This document shows positions 8,565-16,509 of a DNA stretch of 24,472 bases, one piece after another. Location of the stretch: assembly GCA_041288095.1 (NCBI GenBank), contig JBGGMJ010000142.1, forward strand, positions 1 to 24,472, given 5' to 3'. The notes under the pieces were generated by a model. The model did no database searches and was not told where the DNA came from. It saw only the letters and a program-made list of their open reading frames with translations. A program made the position numbers and the translations under genes. Each line of letters opens with the position of its first letter. Within the stretch, counting starts at the first letter, position 1. The stretch is from Myxococcota bacterium. GTDB taxonomy: Bacteria; Myxococcota; XYA12-FULL-58-9; JALHOP01.

Positions 8565-10585
8565 GGACGCGGCGTCTCGCCGGTCAGAGCGCGAAGGAGA
8601 TTCTTCACCGGATCGAGTGGCTTCGGCACGCCGGGCCGCATGTCGCTCGCGAGCTCACGGTCGGTGGAGAGCTTGGCGCGGACATCCGCGGGCAAGTTGT
8701 CGAAGAGCTTGGGCACGCTGCGTTTCTTCAGGCTTCCCAGCACCTCGTCGAGCGTCGGCTGGCGCGCGTCCGAGAGCTGACTGACGCTGGGGCGCTCACC
8801 GTCACCCGACGGGCCCATGCGCATGACGTAGTGCCGCAGGTTCAAGTTGGCCGAGTGGCCGGCTGAGCCGAGCGCACTCGATGAGCCCTCGAGGAAGAGC
8901 TCCCAAACGCGGCGCATGGGCTCGTTGTAGAACGCCGGGTCGGTTGGCGCGAGCTTGTCCCACGCGGCGGCGAAGCTCTCCGCCCAGCGATCGAGCGTGA
9001 GCGCGTAGTCGTCACGCATCTCCGCTTCCCAAACCAGCTCGAAGCCATACTTGCGCGCGCAGACCGCGAGGTCGCCTTCCGCGGGCATGGTGCCACCGGG
9101 GAAGAAGTGCTTGCCGGTCACGGCCTCGACGAAGACGGCGTCACGCAGCGGATAGGTCATGTTCGACATGACGAGGTAGCCGCCGGGCTTCACCGCGTTC
9201 GCCATGCCCTTGAACCAGGCGTCGAGCTCGAACGGACCGGCGTGCTCGAGGACACCAGCTTGGTGGACGATATCGTACTGATGCCGATGCTCGGGCTTCA
9301 CATAATCGCGGGCGTCACCTTCGATGATGCGCACTCGATCGGACAGGCCGTTCGCTTCGATGAGCGCTGCAGCGACGCGGTTCTGCGACTCGGTACGGCC
9401 GATATTCGTGTAGTCGACGTTCGGGAAGTTGAGCGCGGTGTAGAGGCCCTGCGGCATCCAGCCGCCGCCAAACTCCGCCCATTTCACGGTCTCGCCGCGC
9501 GCCGTCTTGTCGGCGACGAGATCCATGCCCGCGCGCGCGAAGTACTCGAGCGACCGCACCTGTGCCTCGTCGAGCGAGATGCCCTTGTCTGGTCCGAACA
9601 GCCCCTCGGTGTACTTCATCACGGCGCCGAGCTGCTCGCGGAAGAGACCGGTGGGATTGCCGTAGTGATAGAGCGCGTTGTCGTGCGCTTGTTCGTAATA
9701 GCCGTTGTTGGTCGCGAAGACCTCGCGGAACCACTGCTCGGCGATGCCCAAGGGCCGAAGCTTCGAGCCCTCCTTGCCGAGCGAGGTCATGTGCATGAGC
9801 TTGCGCAGGGCTCGGTTGCCGACGATGTCGATGTCTCCCTTGACCCAGGCATCGATCAGGCCGGCATAGCCCTTGGTCGCGAGCGAGAGCTCAGCGCCCT
9901 TCTTGATGACGAAGGTGATCTCCGTCTCGCGTCCGTGGTGACTGCTATAGCGGCTGCCGTCCGCGAATTCGACGGCGATGGGATAGCGCACTGGACCGTC
10001 GACGACCTTGCGCAGCTCGTTCGCGATCTGGTTGCGGACGAGCTTCATCGGTCCAGCTTTGGACAAGGTCACCGGCGCCGGCGGCGACAGCTCGAACGGC
10101 TCGCGCAACTTTGCGACGGCGTCGCGGATCTGCCGCAGCGTATCGTCCGCCAAGGCGTACGGTGTGCCGGCGAGATCGGCCGCGGCCGCCTCGAGCTTGG
10201 CCGCGAAGGTGTCGACGTCGGCGCGGGTGAGGGCGGAACGCGTGAGCTGCACGACATTGGTGCCCAAGGCGCGAACCGCGTCGAGCTGACCATCATTGCG
10301 ATGTTGCAAGGCCCGCGTTGTCGCGGCTTGAGCGATGTCGAGCCCGCGCTGTCGGGCGAGGGCTTTGACGAGCGCGCGCACCTCGGGCGAAGCCGTGCGC
10401 ACGGCTTCGCGAGGCGCCGCGAACGGATTGACCGCGGCCACCGCCGCGAGCACGTCGTGGTCGGCGCCGAGCTTGGCTCGTGACGTCGCGAGGTAGGGAG
10501 TCGACTTGAGCCCCTCGAGGAACTTCAGCGCCGCGTCGCGGTTTGCGAATGTGTTTGCTGCGTCGACTGCGGGGAACGAAGCCAC
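8561..10585 (-). CDS. Divergent cyclopropane-fatty-acyl-phospholipid synthase-like class I SAM methyltransferase with ~180-aa N-terminal extension
   Basis: Cfa/CmaS landmarks: AGLIDAWVKGD, NALYHYG, MKY, SLDEAQ, EFGGGW, GLSDRV, DARD, LEHAG, VKPGG, FFPGG, DYALTLDRW, RRVWELFL. Start placed at GTG 10585, 6 nt after GGAGG; alternative starts are 10603 and 10591. Confidence 0.8.
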   Translation of the reverse strand: MASFPAVDAANTFANRDAALKFLEGLKSTPYLATSRAKLGADHDVLAAVAAVNPFAAPREAVRTASPEVRALVKALARQRGLDIAQAATTRALQHRNDGQLDAVRALGTNVVQLTRSALTRADVDTFAAKLEAAAADLAGTPYALADDTLRQIRDAVAKLREPFELSPPAPVTLSKAGPMKLVRNQIANELRKVVDGPVRYPIAVEFADGSRYSSHHGRETEITFVIKKGAELSLATKGYAGLIDAWVKGDIDIVGNRALRKLMHMTSLGKEGSKLRPLGIAEQWFREVFATNNGYYEQAHDNALYHYGNPTGLFREQLGAVMKYTEGLFGPDKGISLDEAQVRSLEYFARAGMDLVADKTARGETVKWAEFGGGWMPQGLYTALNFPNVDYTNIGRTESQNRVAAALIEANGLSDRVRIIEGDARDYVKPEHRHQYDIVHQAGVLEHAGPFELDAWFKGMANAVKPGGYLVMSNMTYPLRDAVFVEAVTGKHFFPGGTMPAEGDLAVCARKYGFELVWEAEMRDDYALTLDRWAESFAAAWDKLAPTDPAFYNEPMRRVWELFLEGSSSALGSAGHSANLNLRHYVMRMGPSGDGERPSVSQLSDARQPTLDEVLGSLKKRSVPKLFDNLPADVRAKLSTDRELASDMRPGVPKPLDPVKNLLRALTGETPRP

Positions 10586-10690
10586 TGACACCCTCCACGG
10601 CACTGTGATCGTGTCGACATCTTCGGCGCCTGGATGTCAGGCGTTCTCAGGTCGAGCCTGACGAGGTGACAGGGACGAAGCAGCTCCCCG

Positions 10691-11629
10691 CTACAAGCGG
10701 ATGCCGTCGCGAAGCGGCTGGGAGTAGGCCGCTTTAGCGGACTTCAGCGCTTCCGAGAGAGCGTCGTTCGCTTTGTCGGGCAGGCGCGCGTCGAGCTCGA
10801 CGTAGAGGTCGCCACGCTCGGTGCCGCGTTGGATTCCCTTGCCGCGCAATCGCAACTTGTCGCCTTGTTGACTCCGTGGCGGAACGCGCAAGGTGACGTT
10901 GCCGTCGGGTGTCGGCACTTCGATCGATGCGCCGTTGTAGGCTTCGTCGATGCTCACCGGGAGCTTGAGCTGCAAGTCGAGGCCTTGGCGCTGGAAGTGG
11001 GGGTGGGGGCGAACGCGCGTCTCGATCATCAGGTCGCCGTTACCGGCCGCGCCCGGACTGCCTTGACCGGGCACCTTCAGCTTCGAGCCGTCATCGGCGC
11101 CCGGCGGGATGCGCACGGTGACCGGCTCGGTCCGGCCTGGAATGCGCAGTTGAACCTCGGTGCCGCGAATCGCTTGCAGGAGATCGATGTCGACGGTGGC
11201 GACGACGTCGCGACCTTTTTGCGGGCCGCGGCTGCGGCGACTGCCGCGCTCGAACAGGTCGCCGAAGATGTCTCCGAACTCGAACTCGACGCCGCCACCC
11301 GGCGAAGCACCGCCGCCGAACGGAGACGCGCGGTGTGCGCCCCCGCCCATGCCGCCGGCCCAGCGCTGGTAGTTGCGCGCTTGATCCGCGTCGAAACCGC
11401 TGCGCAGGGCGGCGTCGCCGAACTCGTCGTACAGTTTGCGCTTCTCTGGGTCCGAAAGAATGTCGTTGGCGGAGGAGACTTCCTTGAAGCGTTCCTCGGC
11501 CTGCGTGTTCCCGGCGTTGACGTCAGGATGGAACTTGCGGGCAAGCTTCCGGTACGCCTTGCGGATCTCGTCTTCGCTCGCGGTGCGAGGGACGCCCAGG
11601 ACTGCGTATGGATCTTTGGCGTCGGCCAT
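10691..11629 (-). CDS. cbpA: Class B DnaJ protein (CbpA-like: J domain, G/F-rich region, C-terminal domain, no zinc finger)
   Basis: DPYAVLGV, AYRKLARKFHPDVN, EERFKE, KRKLYDEFG, G/F-rich linker, C-terminal VRIPPG, HPHFQRQGLDL, LRLRGKG, GDLYV. No CxxCxGxG repeats. Confidence 0.88.
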   Translation of the reverse strand: MADAKDPYAVLGVPRTASEDEIRKAYRKLARKFHPDVNAGNTQAEERFKEVSSANDILSDPEKRKLYDEFGDAALRSGFDADQARNYQRWAGGMGGGAHRASPFGGGASPGGGVEFEFGDIFGDLFERGSRRSRGPQKGRDVVATVDIDLLQAIRGTEVQLRIPGRTEPVTVRIPPGADDGSKLKVPGQGSPGAAGNGDLMIETRVRPHPHFQRQGLDLQLKLPVSIDEAYNGASIEVPTPDGNVTLRVPPRSQQGDKLRLRGKGIQRGTERGDLYVELDARLPDKANDALSEALKSAKAAYSQPLRDGIRL

Positions 11630-11636
11630 TACATCA

Positions 11637-11642
11637 ATTATA
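11637..11642 (-). promoter_or_regulatory. Candidate sigma70 -10 box (TATAAT) for a leaderless cbpA-like transcript
   Basis: Minus strand reads TATAAT-TGATGTA-ATG. AT-rich island in GC-rich DNA, no Shine-Dalgarno before the ATG. Confidence 0.5.
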
Positions 11643-11684
11643 AGCAGCGCTTCGTTTTTTGCTACTTAGCCGCTTGGGCCCGCG

Positions 11685-12914
11685 CTAATCGTGCTCGCGC
11701 AGGTACCTTTCGGCAAGTTGGCGCTGGCGATTGTCGAGCGCCATGGGATTTCCCTCGATCCAGACACGCTCGACCTGGGTCGACAGCTCGAAGGGGTCGC
11801 CCGACCAAAGGACCAGGTCGGCGCGCTTCCCGGCGGTGATGGAACCATAGGCGACGCCACGGTCGAAGACTTCGGCGGGCGTCGTGGTGATGGCGCGCAG
11901 CGCACCTTCGCGACTCATGCCGTTCGCGACCGCGATGCCGGCTTCGTAGCGGAGGCGGCGCGCGTTTTGATCGTCCGCGATGCCGGTCGTGAGGATGACG
12001 GTGACCCCGGCGCGCTCGAGCAAGGCCGGGAGGTCGTCACGCGCATTCAGCAGATCGAAGCCGTAGGGAAGCTGCTCGGACGGCTGGATGATGACGGGGA
12101 CGCGTGCTTCCTTGAGCTGCTTGGCGACGAGCCAAGCTTCACTCGCGCCCGCGAGCACGAGCCTTACCTTCTCCGCCTTGGCGAGATCGAGGGCGGTGAG
12201 GATATCGCTCGCGCGGTGCGCGGTCAGCACCAGCGGCAGCTTGCCGTCGAGGACAGGGTAGAGCGCTTCGAGGTGTTGTGATGACAACGAGAGCTCGCGC
12301 TCGCTCGGACGATTGGCGCTGCGGCGATGCAGGCGCGCGTCGTCGAAGGCCTGGCGAAGGGCGAGCCAGATGCCGCCGCGGCTGCCGCCGCCGCCCGCGA
12401 AATGTTTCGCGTCTTGCGACGTGATGCTGCCGAACATGGCGAGCGGCCGCGTCGGATCGGGACGGCCGGCGAGCGTACCCGTGAGATCGGCCCAGCAACC
12501 CGTGCCGCTGAGGACTTCGCCCTGCGGACTGACGACGATGCTGGTGATGCCGGCGGCGCGGGTGATGGGAATGCGGATCGACATGGGATTGTAGCCGTCG
12601 CAAACGCGGAACCCGGGAGCCAAGGCTTGCTCCTTCATGCGGTCGTCGACGGTCTCGCCCTCGAGCAACACCTCGGCGACGCCGATTTGCGAGCGCGTCT
12701 CGATGAGACCGGCGGTGAGCACCTTGCCGGTGCCGTCTACCTGCGTTGCCTGAGGCACCGGGGTAGCGAGCTTGCCTGGAGTCACGGAGACGATGCGACC
12801 CTGGTCGATGACCACGGTAGCCGATTCGATGGGCGCCGAGCCGCTCTCGATGCGAACGTTCTCGATGACCGTTGGAGCGGACAGGGTGGCCGCTAGGAGC
12901 AGGGCAATGTTCAT
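11685..12914 (-). CDS. Amidohydrolase-family protein, degenerate (probably non-catalytic) partner, exported
   Basis: Short signal-like N-terminus MNIALLLAATLSA; VDGTGKVLTAGLI, AHRASDI, ALRAITTTPAEVF, GSITAGKRADLVLWSGDPF. HxH replaced by ETRSQ. SD GGAGGTG and ATGA overlap with the upstream stop. Confidence 0.85.
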   Translation of the reverse strand: MNIALLLAATLSAPTVIENVRIESGSAPIESATVVIDQGRIVSVTPGKLATPVPQATQVDGTGKVLTAGLIETRSQIGVAEVLLEGETVDDRMKEQALAPGFRVCDGYNPMSIRIPITRAAGITSIVVSPQGEVLSGTGCWADLTGTLAGRPDPTRPLAMFGSITSQDAKHFAGGGGSRGGIWLALRQAFDDARLHRRSANRPSERELSLSSQHLEALYPVLDGKLPLVLTAHRASDILTALDLAKAEKVRLVLAGASEAWLVAKQLKEARVPVIIQPSEQLPYGFDLLNARDDLPALLERAGVTVILTTGIADDQNARRLRYEAGIAVANGMSREGALRAITTTPAEVFDRGVAYGSITAGKRADLVLWSGDPFELSTQVERVWIEGNPMALDNRQRQLAERYLREHD

Positions 12915-14365
12915 AGCTTCACCTCCGCTTCGCGGCGCGAGCCGCCGCGGTCGACCGCCGAAGTGCCGAGCTCGAAGTCGGTGGGACGCATGGGCTTGCC
13001 GTCCTCGAAGATCACCTCGCCGTCGATGAGCACGAGCTTGGTGCGCGCATAGACGCTGAAGGGACTCGCGCTCCATACGACGACGTCACCCATCTTGCCG
13101 ACCTCCAAGGTGCCCGTCTTCTCGTCGATGCCGAGTGCCCAGGCGGGATTCGCGGTCACCCAACGCAGGACCTCGTCGTCGGAGAACTTGAGACCGATCT
13201 GCTCACCCGCGGCGCGCGCCTTGGCGGCCTGTTGGTTCAAGTAGCGGACCTCGGTCGAAGAGTCGCTGTGCATGAGCGGGCGTCCCTTGGCGGCCGCGAG
13301 CAGGGCGACGTTCTGGGGGATGCCGTCGAAAGCTTCCATCTTGAAGCCCCACCAGTCCGCCCAAGTGGACACGGCGACGCCGGCTTCGGCGAAGCGGTGC
13401 GCCAGCTTGTAAGCCTCGACGGCGTGGTGGAAGGAGCGGATGCGGAACCCGAACTCCTGCGCCACGTCGAGCATGGTTTGCATGTCGTCGGCGCGGTAGC
13501 AGTGGACGTGCAAGAGAATCTTGCCGTCCATCATAGCGGTCAGAGTGTCGAGCGCGAGGTCACGCTCGGGCGCCTCGGGTGGGTCCTCTTGGTCGTCTTT
13601 CTTCTCGTTGTAGAGCTTGAGGTCGCGCTCGTAGACCTGCCACTTGCGGCGATATTCCGTGGCGCTTTGAAAGGCGACACGGAAGCCGGCGATGTCACCC
13701 ATACGGGTCGCGGGGGCGCGCCCCTTCTCGCCGTAGACGCGCTTGGGGTTCTCGCCGCATGCCATCTTCAGGCCCTGCGGCGCGCCGGGGAAACGCATGG
13801 CACGGGCATTGGTGGCGGGCTTGAGCTTGATGATCGCCGAGCGGCCGCCGATGAGGTTGGCGGAGCCGGGGAGGATTTGCACCGTGGTGACGCCGTAGCT
13901 CGCGGCGCGCGCGATGGCCGGATCTTGTGGCCAGACGGCATGCTCGGCCCAGACCTCCGCCGTCGTCGGCGAGGTCATCTCGTTTCCGTCCTGGTGGGCG
14001 TCCATGTAAGGCAGCGCGTAGACGCCCATGTGCGAGTGCGTATCGATGATGCCGGGCGTGACGAACATGCCTTTGCCGTCGACGACGCGGGCGCCAGCGG
14101 GGGCGGGGAGATCACCGGCCCCGACGGCGGCGATGAGGCCGTCCCGCACCAAGACATGGCCGGGCGAGTGCATCACGCCGGCGGCGGTCATGACGGTGGC
14201 GTTCTTGATGAGCACGGGCGGGGCGGCCGGCTTCTTGGATTCCATGTCGCCGGGTGGGGTCGGGGTGGCGGCCGGGGGGAGCGCGGTCTTTTTCGGCCCG
14301 TTGTTGGCGTTCGAGCCTGCGCAGGCGAACGTGCAGAGGAGGGCCAAGCTGAGGTAAGAGCGCAT
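12911..14365 (-). CDS. Metal-dependent amidohydrolase family protein, probable lipoprotein
   Basis: Signal peptide with Cys (MRSYLSLALLCTFAC); PGIIDTHSH, LKMACGENPKRVYG, HVHCYRADD, HHAVEAY, HSD, TANPAWALG, GTLEVGKMGDVVVWS. Confidence 0.9.
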   Translation of the reverse strand: MRSYLSLALLCTFACAGSNANNGPKKTALPPAATPTPPGDMESKKPAAPPVLIKNATVMTAAGVMHSPGHVLVRDGLIAAVGAGDLPAPAGARVVDGKGMFVTPGIIDTHSHMGVYALPYMDAHQDGNEMTSPTTAEVWAEHAVWPQDPAIARAASYGVTTVQILPGSANLIGGRSAIIKLKPATNARAMRFPGAPQGLKMACGENPKRVYGEKGRAPATRMGDIAGFRVAFQSATEYRRKWQVYERDLKLYNEKKDDQEDPPEAPERDLALDTLTAMMDGKILLHVHCYRADDMQTMLDVAQEFGFRIRSFHHAVEAYKLAHRFAEAGVAVSTWADWWGFKMEAFDGIPQNVALLAAAKGRPLMHSDSSTEVRYLNQQAAKARAAGEQIGLKFSDDEVLRWVTANPAWALGIDEKTGTLEVGKMGDVVVWSASPFSVYARTKLVLIDGEVIFEDGKPMRPTDFELGTSAVDRGGSRREAEVKL

Positions 14366-14405
14366 GGGCGAACGCCGTAGCACGGCGCCCCCGATCAAAT
14401 CACGC

Positions 14406-15569
14406 GTGAAGATCCGACCGTTCATGGCGCAATGCCTCTGGGCCTTCGGCGTGCTCGCCCCCCTCGCGGAGGTGCGCGCGGCCCCCGTGCCGGCGGCGGT
14501 CACTCTGGTCGGCCAGCGGGTAGCTCTCGACGAGACCAAGGGCGAGCTTACGGTGGAGGTCACGGTCCAGAATCATCTGGACGCGGCGCTCACCTCGGTC
14601 GAGGTTGGTTGGCTCTTGGCCGCGAGCGCCGACGCGCTGGCCGCCGTCACCGACCCGGGTGCGCTCTACCTCGCGGCGGACGACCCGAAGCTCGTGAAGC
14701 CACCGCCGGGGGTCGTAGTGCTGCGCAGGACCGTGGACGTCGCGGTCAAGGCGCGGGCCAGCGCTCCCGCGAGCTTCAAGATCCCCCTGGCGGGGCCGAT
14801 CCCCGAGGTCTACCGAACCCATATCTTGGGATACGCTTTAGCGGACGCCCGCTTGCCGCTCTTGCTGCGCTTGCTGGGCGGTAGCGCCGCCGCCGATGAA
14901 CGCGCCGCAGTGGGCTTCTTCGCCCTCGCCGGCACGGCACGAGAGCGCCTCGCCGCGCGCGCCCGGCTCGACGTCCAGCGCTGGCTCGACGAGCTGGAGC
15001 CACGCCTCGCGGCCGCCGTGCCCGAGCGCCCCGCCGCGACCGAGCTTCATGAGCGGTTGTTCGACGTGCGCGCGGTGGGAGTGCTGGGAGGTGAGCGGGC
15101 GGAGCAGCTGCTCACGAGCCTGCGCGATAGAGGCGACATCGCGGCGTTCGATGAGCTGCTCAGGGTAGTGTTGATCGACAGGTTGAGAGGGACGCGCCTG
15201 GAGACGCCGCTTGCGTTCGCGGTACCGCCGACGGCGCGGAGCTTTCGCGACGTGGTGGATGCGGCGCTGGAGGATGCGAGGCGGTTGGCGGAGCTGGCTA
15301 CGGCCGAGAGTAGAGAGCCGATGGCCGATGACCGGGTGGCGAAGGCCGATATCGCATTGCCGAAAGTCGAGAACCGCGAGCCGATCGCCGAAATCCGATT
15401 GCCGAGCGCCGATAGCGGATTACCGCTTGCCGAGAACCGGGTGCCAATTCCCGGTGACGCGCTGCCCCCGGCGGTGCGTCCTTTCGACCTGCGAGAGCAG
15501 CTCCTCGGCCTCGCGGTGGTTGTCGCGGCCGCCGTGATTACCTTATGGCTCTTGCGGAGAAACAAATGA
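14406..15569 (+). CDS. Hypothetical exported protein with C-terminal membrane anchor and a repeat-derived linker
   Basis: Signal-like N-terminus (AQCLWAFGVLAPLAEVRA), beta-rich segment (LTVEVTVQNH), helical middle, C-terminal TM plus basic tail (LLGLAVVVAAAVITLWLLRRNK). Stop overlaps the ygfZ start (ATGA). Start uncertain: GTG 14406 or ATG 14424. Confidence 0.7.
   Translation: MKIRPFMAQCLWAFGVLAPLAEVRAAPVPAAVTLVGQRVALDETKGELTVEVTVQNHLDAALTSVEVGWLLAASADALAAVTDPGALYLAADDPKLVKPPPGVVVLRRTVDVAVKARASAPASFKIPLAGPIPEVYRTHILGYALADARLPLLLRLLGGSAAADERAAVGFFALAGTARERLAARARLDVQRWLDELEPRLAAAVPERPAATELHERLFDVRAVGVLGGERAEQLLTSLRDRGDIAAFDELLRVVLIDRLRGTRLETPLAFAVPPTARSFRDVVDAALEDARRLAELATAESREPMADDRVAKADIALPKVENREPIAEIRLPSADSGLPLAENRVPIPGDALPPAVRPFDLREQLLGLAVVVAAAVITLWLLRRNK
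15300..15453 (+). repeat. Degenerate 7-bp tandem repeat array (22 units, consensus NNNNCCG) inside a CDS
   Basis: Units read ACGGCCG AGAGTAG AGAGCCG ATGGCCG ATGACCG GGTGGCG AAGGCCG ATATCGC ATTGCCG AAAGTCG AGAACCG CGAGCCG ATCGCCG AAATCCG ATTGCCG AGCGCCG ATAGCGG ATTACCG CTTGCCG AGAACCG GGTGCCA ATTCCCG; 16 of 22 end in CCG. Confidence 0.85.
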
Positions 15570-16504
15570 CCCCCCGAAAGACCTTCGCTGGCCTGCTCCA
15601 GAACGACATCGTCCAGGTCGGCGGCAAGGACCGCGTCGACCTCCTGCATCGCCTGTCGACCAACGATCTCGAACCGCTGGCGACCACCGGGCAGGTGCGC
15701 TCGACGTTGTTCACGACCTCCCAAGGGCGGCTCATCGATTGGGTGACCGTGGTCGCCGCGCCCGAAGTATTGTTGCTGGTCGCGTCGCCGGGCCGGGGTC
15801 AGCGCATCGCGGACTGGGTCGACACCTACACCATCATGGAAGACGTCCAGAGCAAACTGGTGTCCTCCGCTAAAGCGCACATCGTCGTCGATGGCCCGAA
15901 CGCCGAGCAAGTGGTCAGCACTGTCTTCGGGGACGTCGGGACCCTCTCGGCCGAGAGTGCACGCCAAGCGAACGACGGCTGGATCTGGCGCGGGCTCGCG
16001 GCCTACGGGCCTCGCTTCGAGCTCCTGGTCGACGCGGCGCAAGCGCAAGCGACGCTGCAGCGCTTGCGGGCCGTCGGCGCGCTGGCCGCCGATCAGAGCA
16101 TCTTCGAGCGACTGCGCGTCGACGCCGGCGTGCCCGGGCCAGCGACCGAGTACCCCGACGACGTCAACCCACTCGAGCTGCGTCTCGGGCCGGTGGCCGT
16201 GAGCTTCCGCAAGGGCTGCTATATCGGACAAGAGGTCATCTCGCGCCTCGACAGCTACGACAAAGTCGCCCGGCTCCTCGTGGGCTTCTCGGTGGAGGAG
16301 CGGGCTGCCGCGCGGGTGGCGGCGTTGCCCGACGGCGAGCGCAAGCTGACACGGGACAACAAGCCTTTTGGGCGCGTGACCTCGCTCGTGGGCGGCAAGG
16401 GACTCGCGGTGGTGAAGCGCGAGGGCAGCGAAGGTGGCCCCGCCGAGCTCGTGGCCGGCGACATGCGCCTGCCGGTCCAGCTCGAGCCTCGTCCGTTTTT
16501 CTGA
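15566..16504 (+). CDS. ygfZ: YgfZ/GcvT-family folate-binding protein
   Basis: GKDRVDLLHRLSTND, TSQGRLID, LRVDAGVP, NPLE and the family signature KGCYIGQEVISR. ATGA coupling gives start 15566. Confidence 0.9.
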   Translation: MTPRKTFAGLLQNDIVQVGGKDRVDLLHRLSTNDLEPLATTGQVRSTLFTTSQGRLIDWVTVVAAPEVLLLVASPGRGQRIADWVDTYTIMEDVQSKLVSSAKAHIVVDGPNAEQVVSTVFGDVGTLSAESARQANDGWIWRGLAAYGPRFELLVDAAQAQATLQRLRAVGALAADQSIFERLRVDAGVPGPATEYPDDVNPLELRLGPVAVSFRKGCYIGQEVISRLDSYDKVARLLVGFSVEERAAARVAALPDGERKLTRDNKPFGRVTSLVGGKGLAVVKREGSEGGPAELVAGDMRLPVQLEPRPFF

Positions 16505-16509
16505 CGCGG

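Noticed and set aside
9107..10483. Long antisense ORFs (also 5730-6791, 13232-14380, 15047-16513, 18027-18980, 22499-23656)
   Set aside because: They lie opposite well-supported genes and have no recognisable motifs; such ORFs are expected in high-GC DNA.
11666..11688. TTAGC...GCTAA upstream of the DnaJ gene as a CIRCE element
   Set aside because: The spacer is 13 nt rather than 17 and the inner ACTC/GAGT bases of CIRCE are absent.
12915..13076. Upstream extensions of ORF-track calls (also 3458-3688, 4956-5045, 14366-14563)
   Set aside because: They overlap neighbouring genes; internal starts fit SD sites, ATGA coupling or signal peptides better.
15300..15453. Repeat array as a CRISPR
   Set aside because: Units are 7 bp and contiguous with no spacers, and no cas genes are present.
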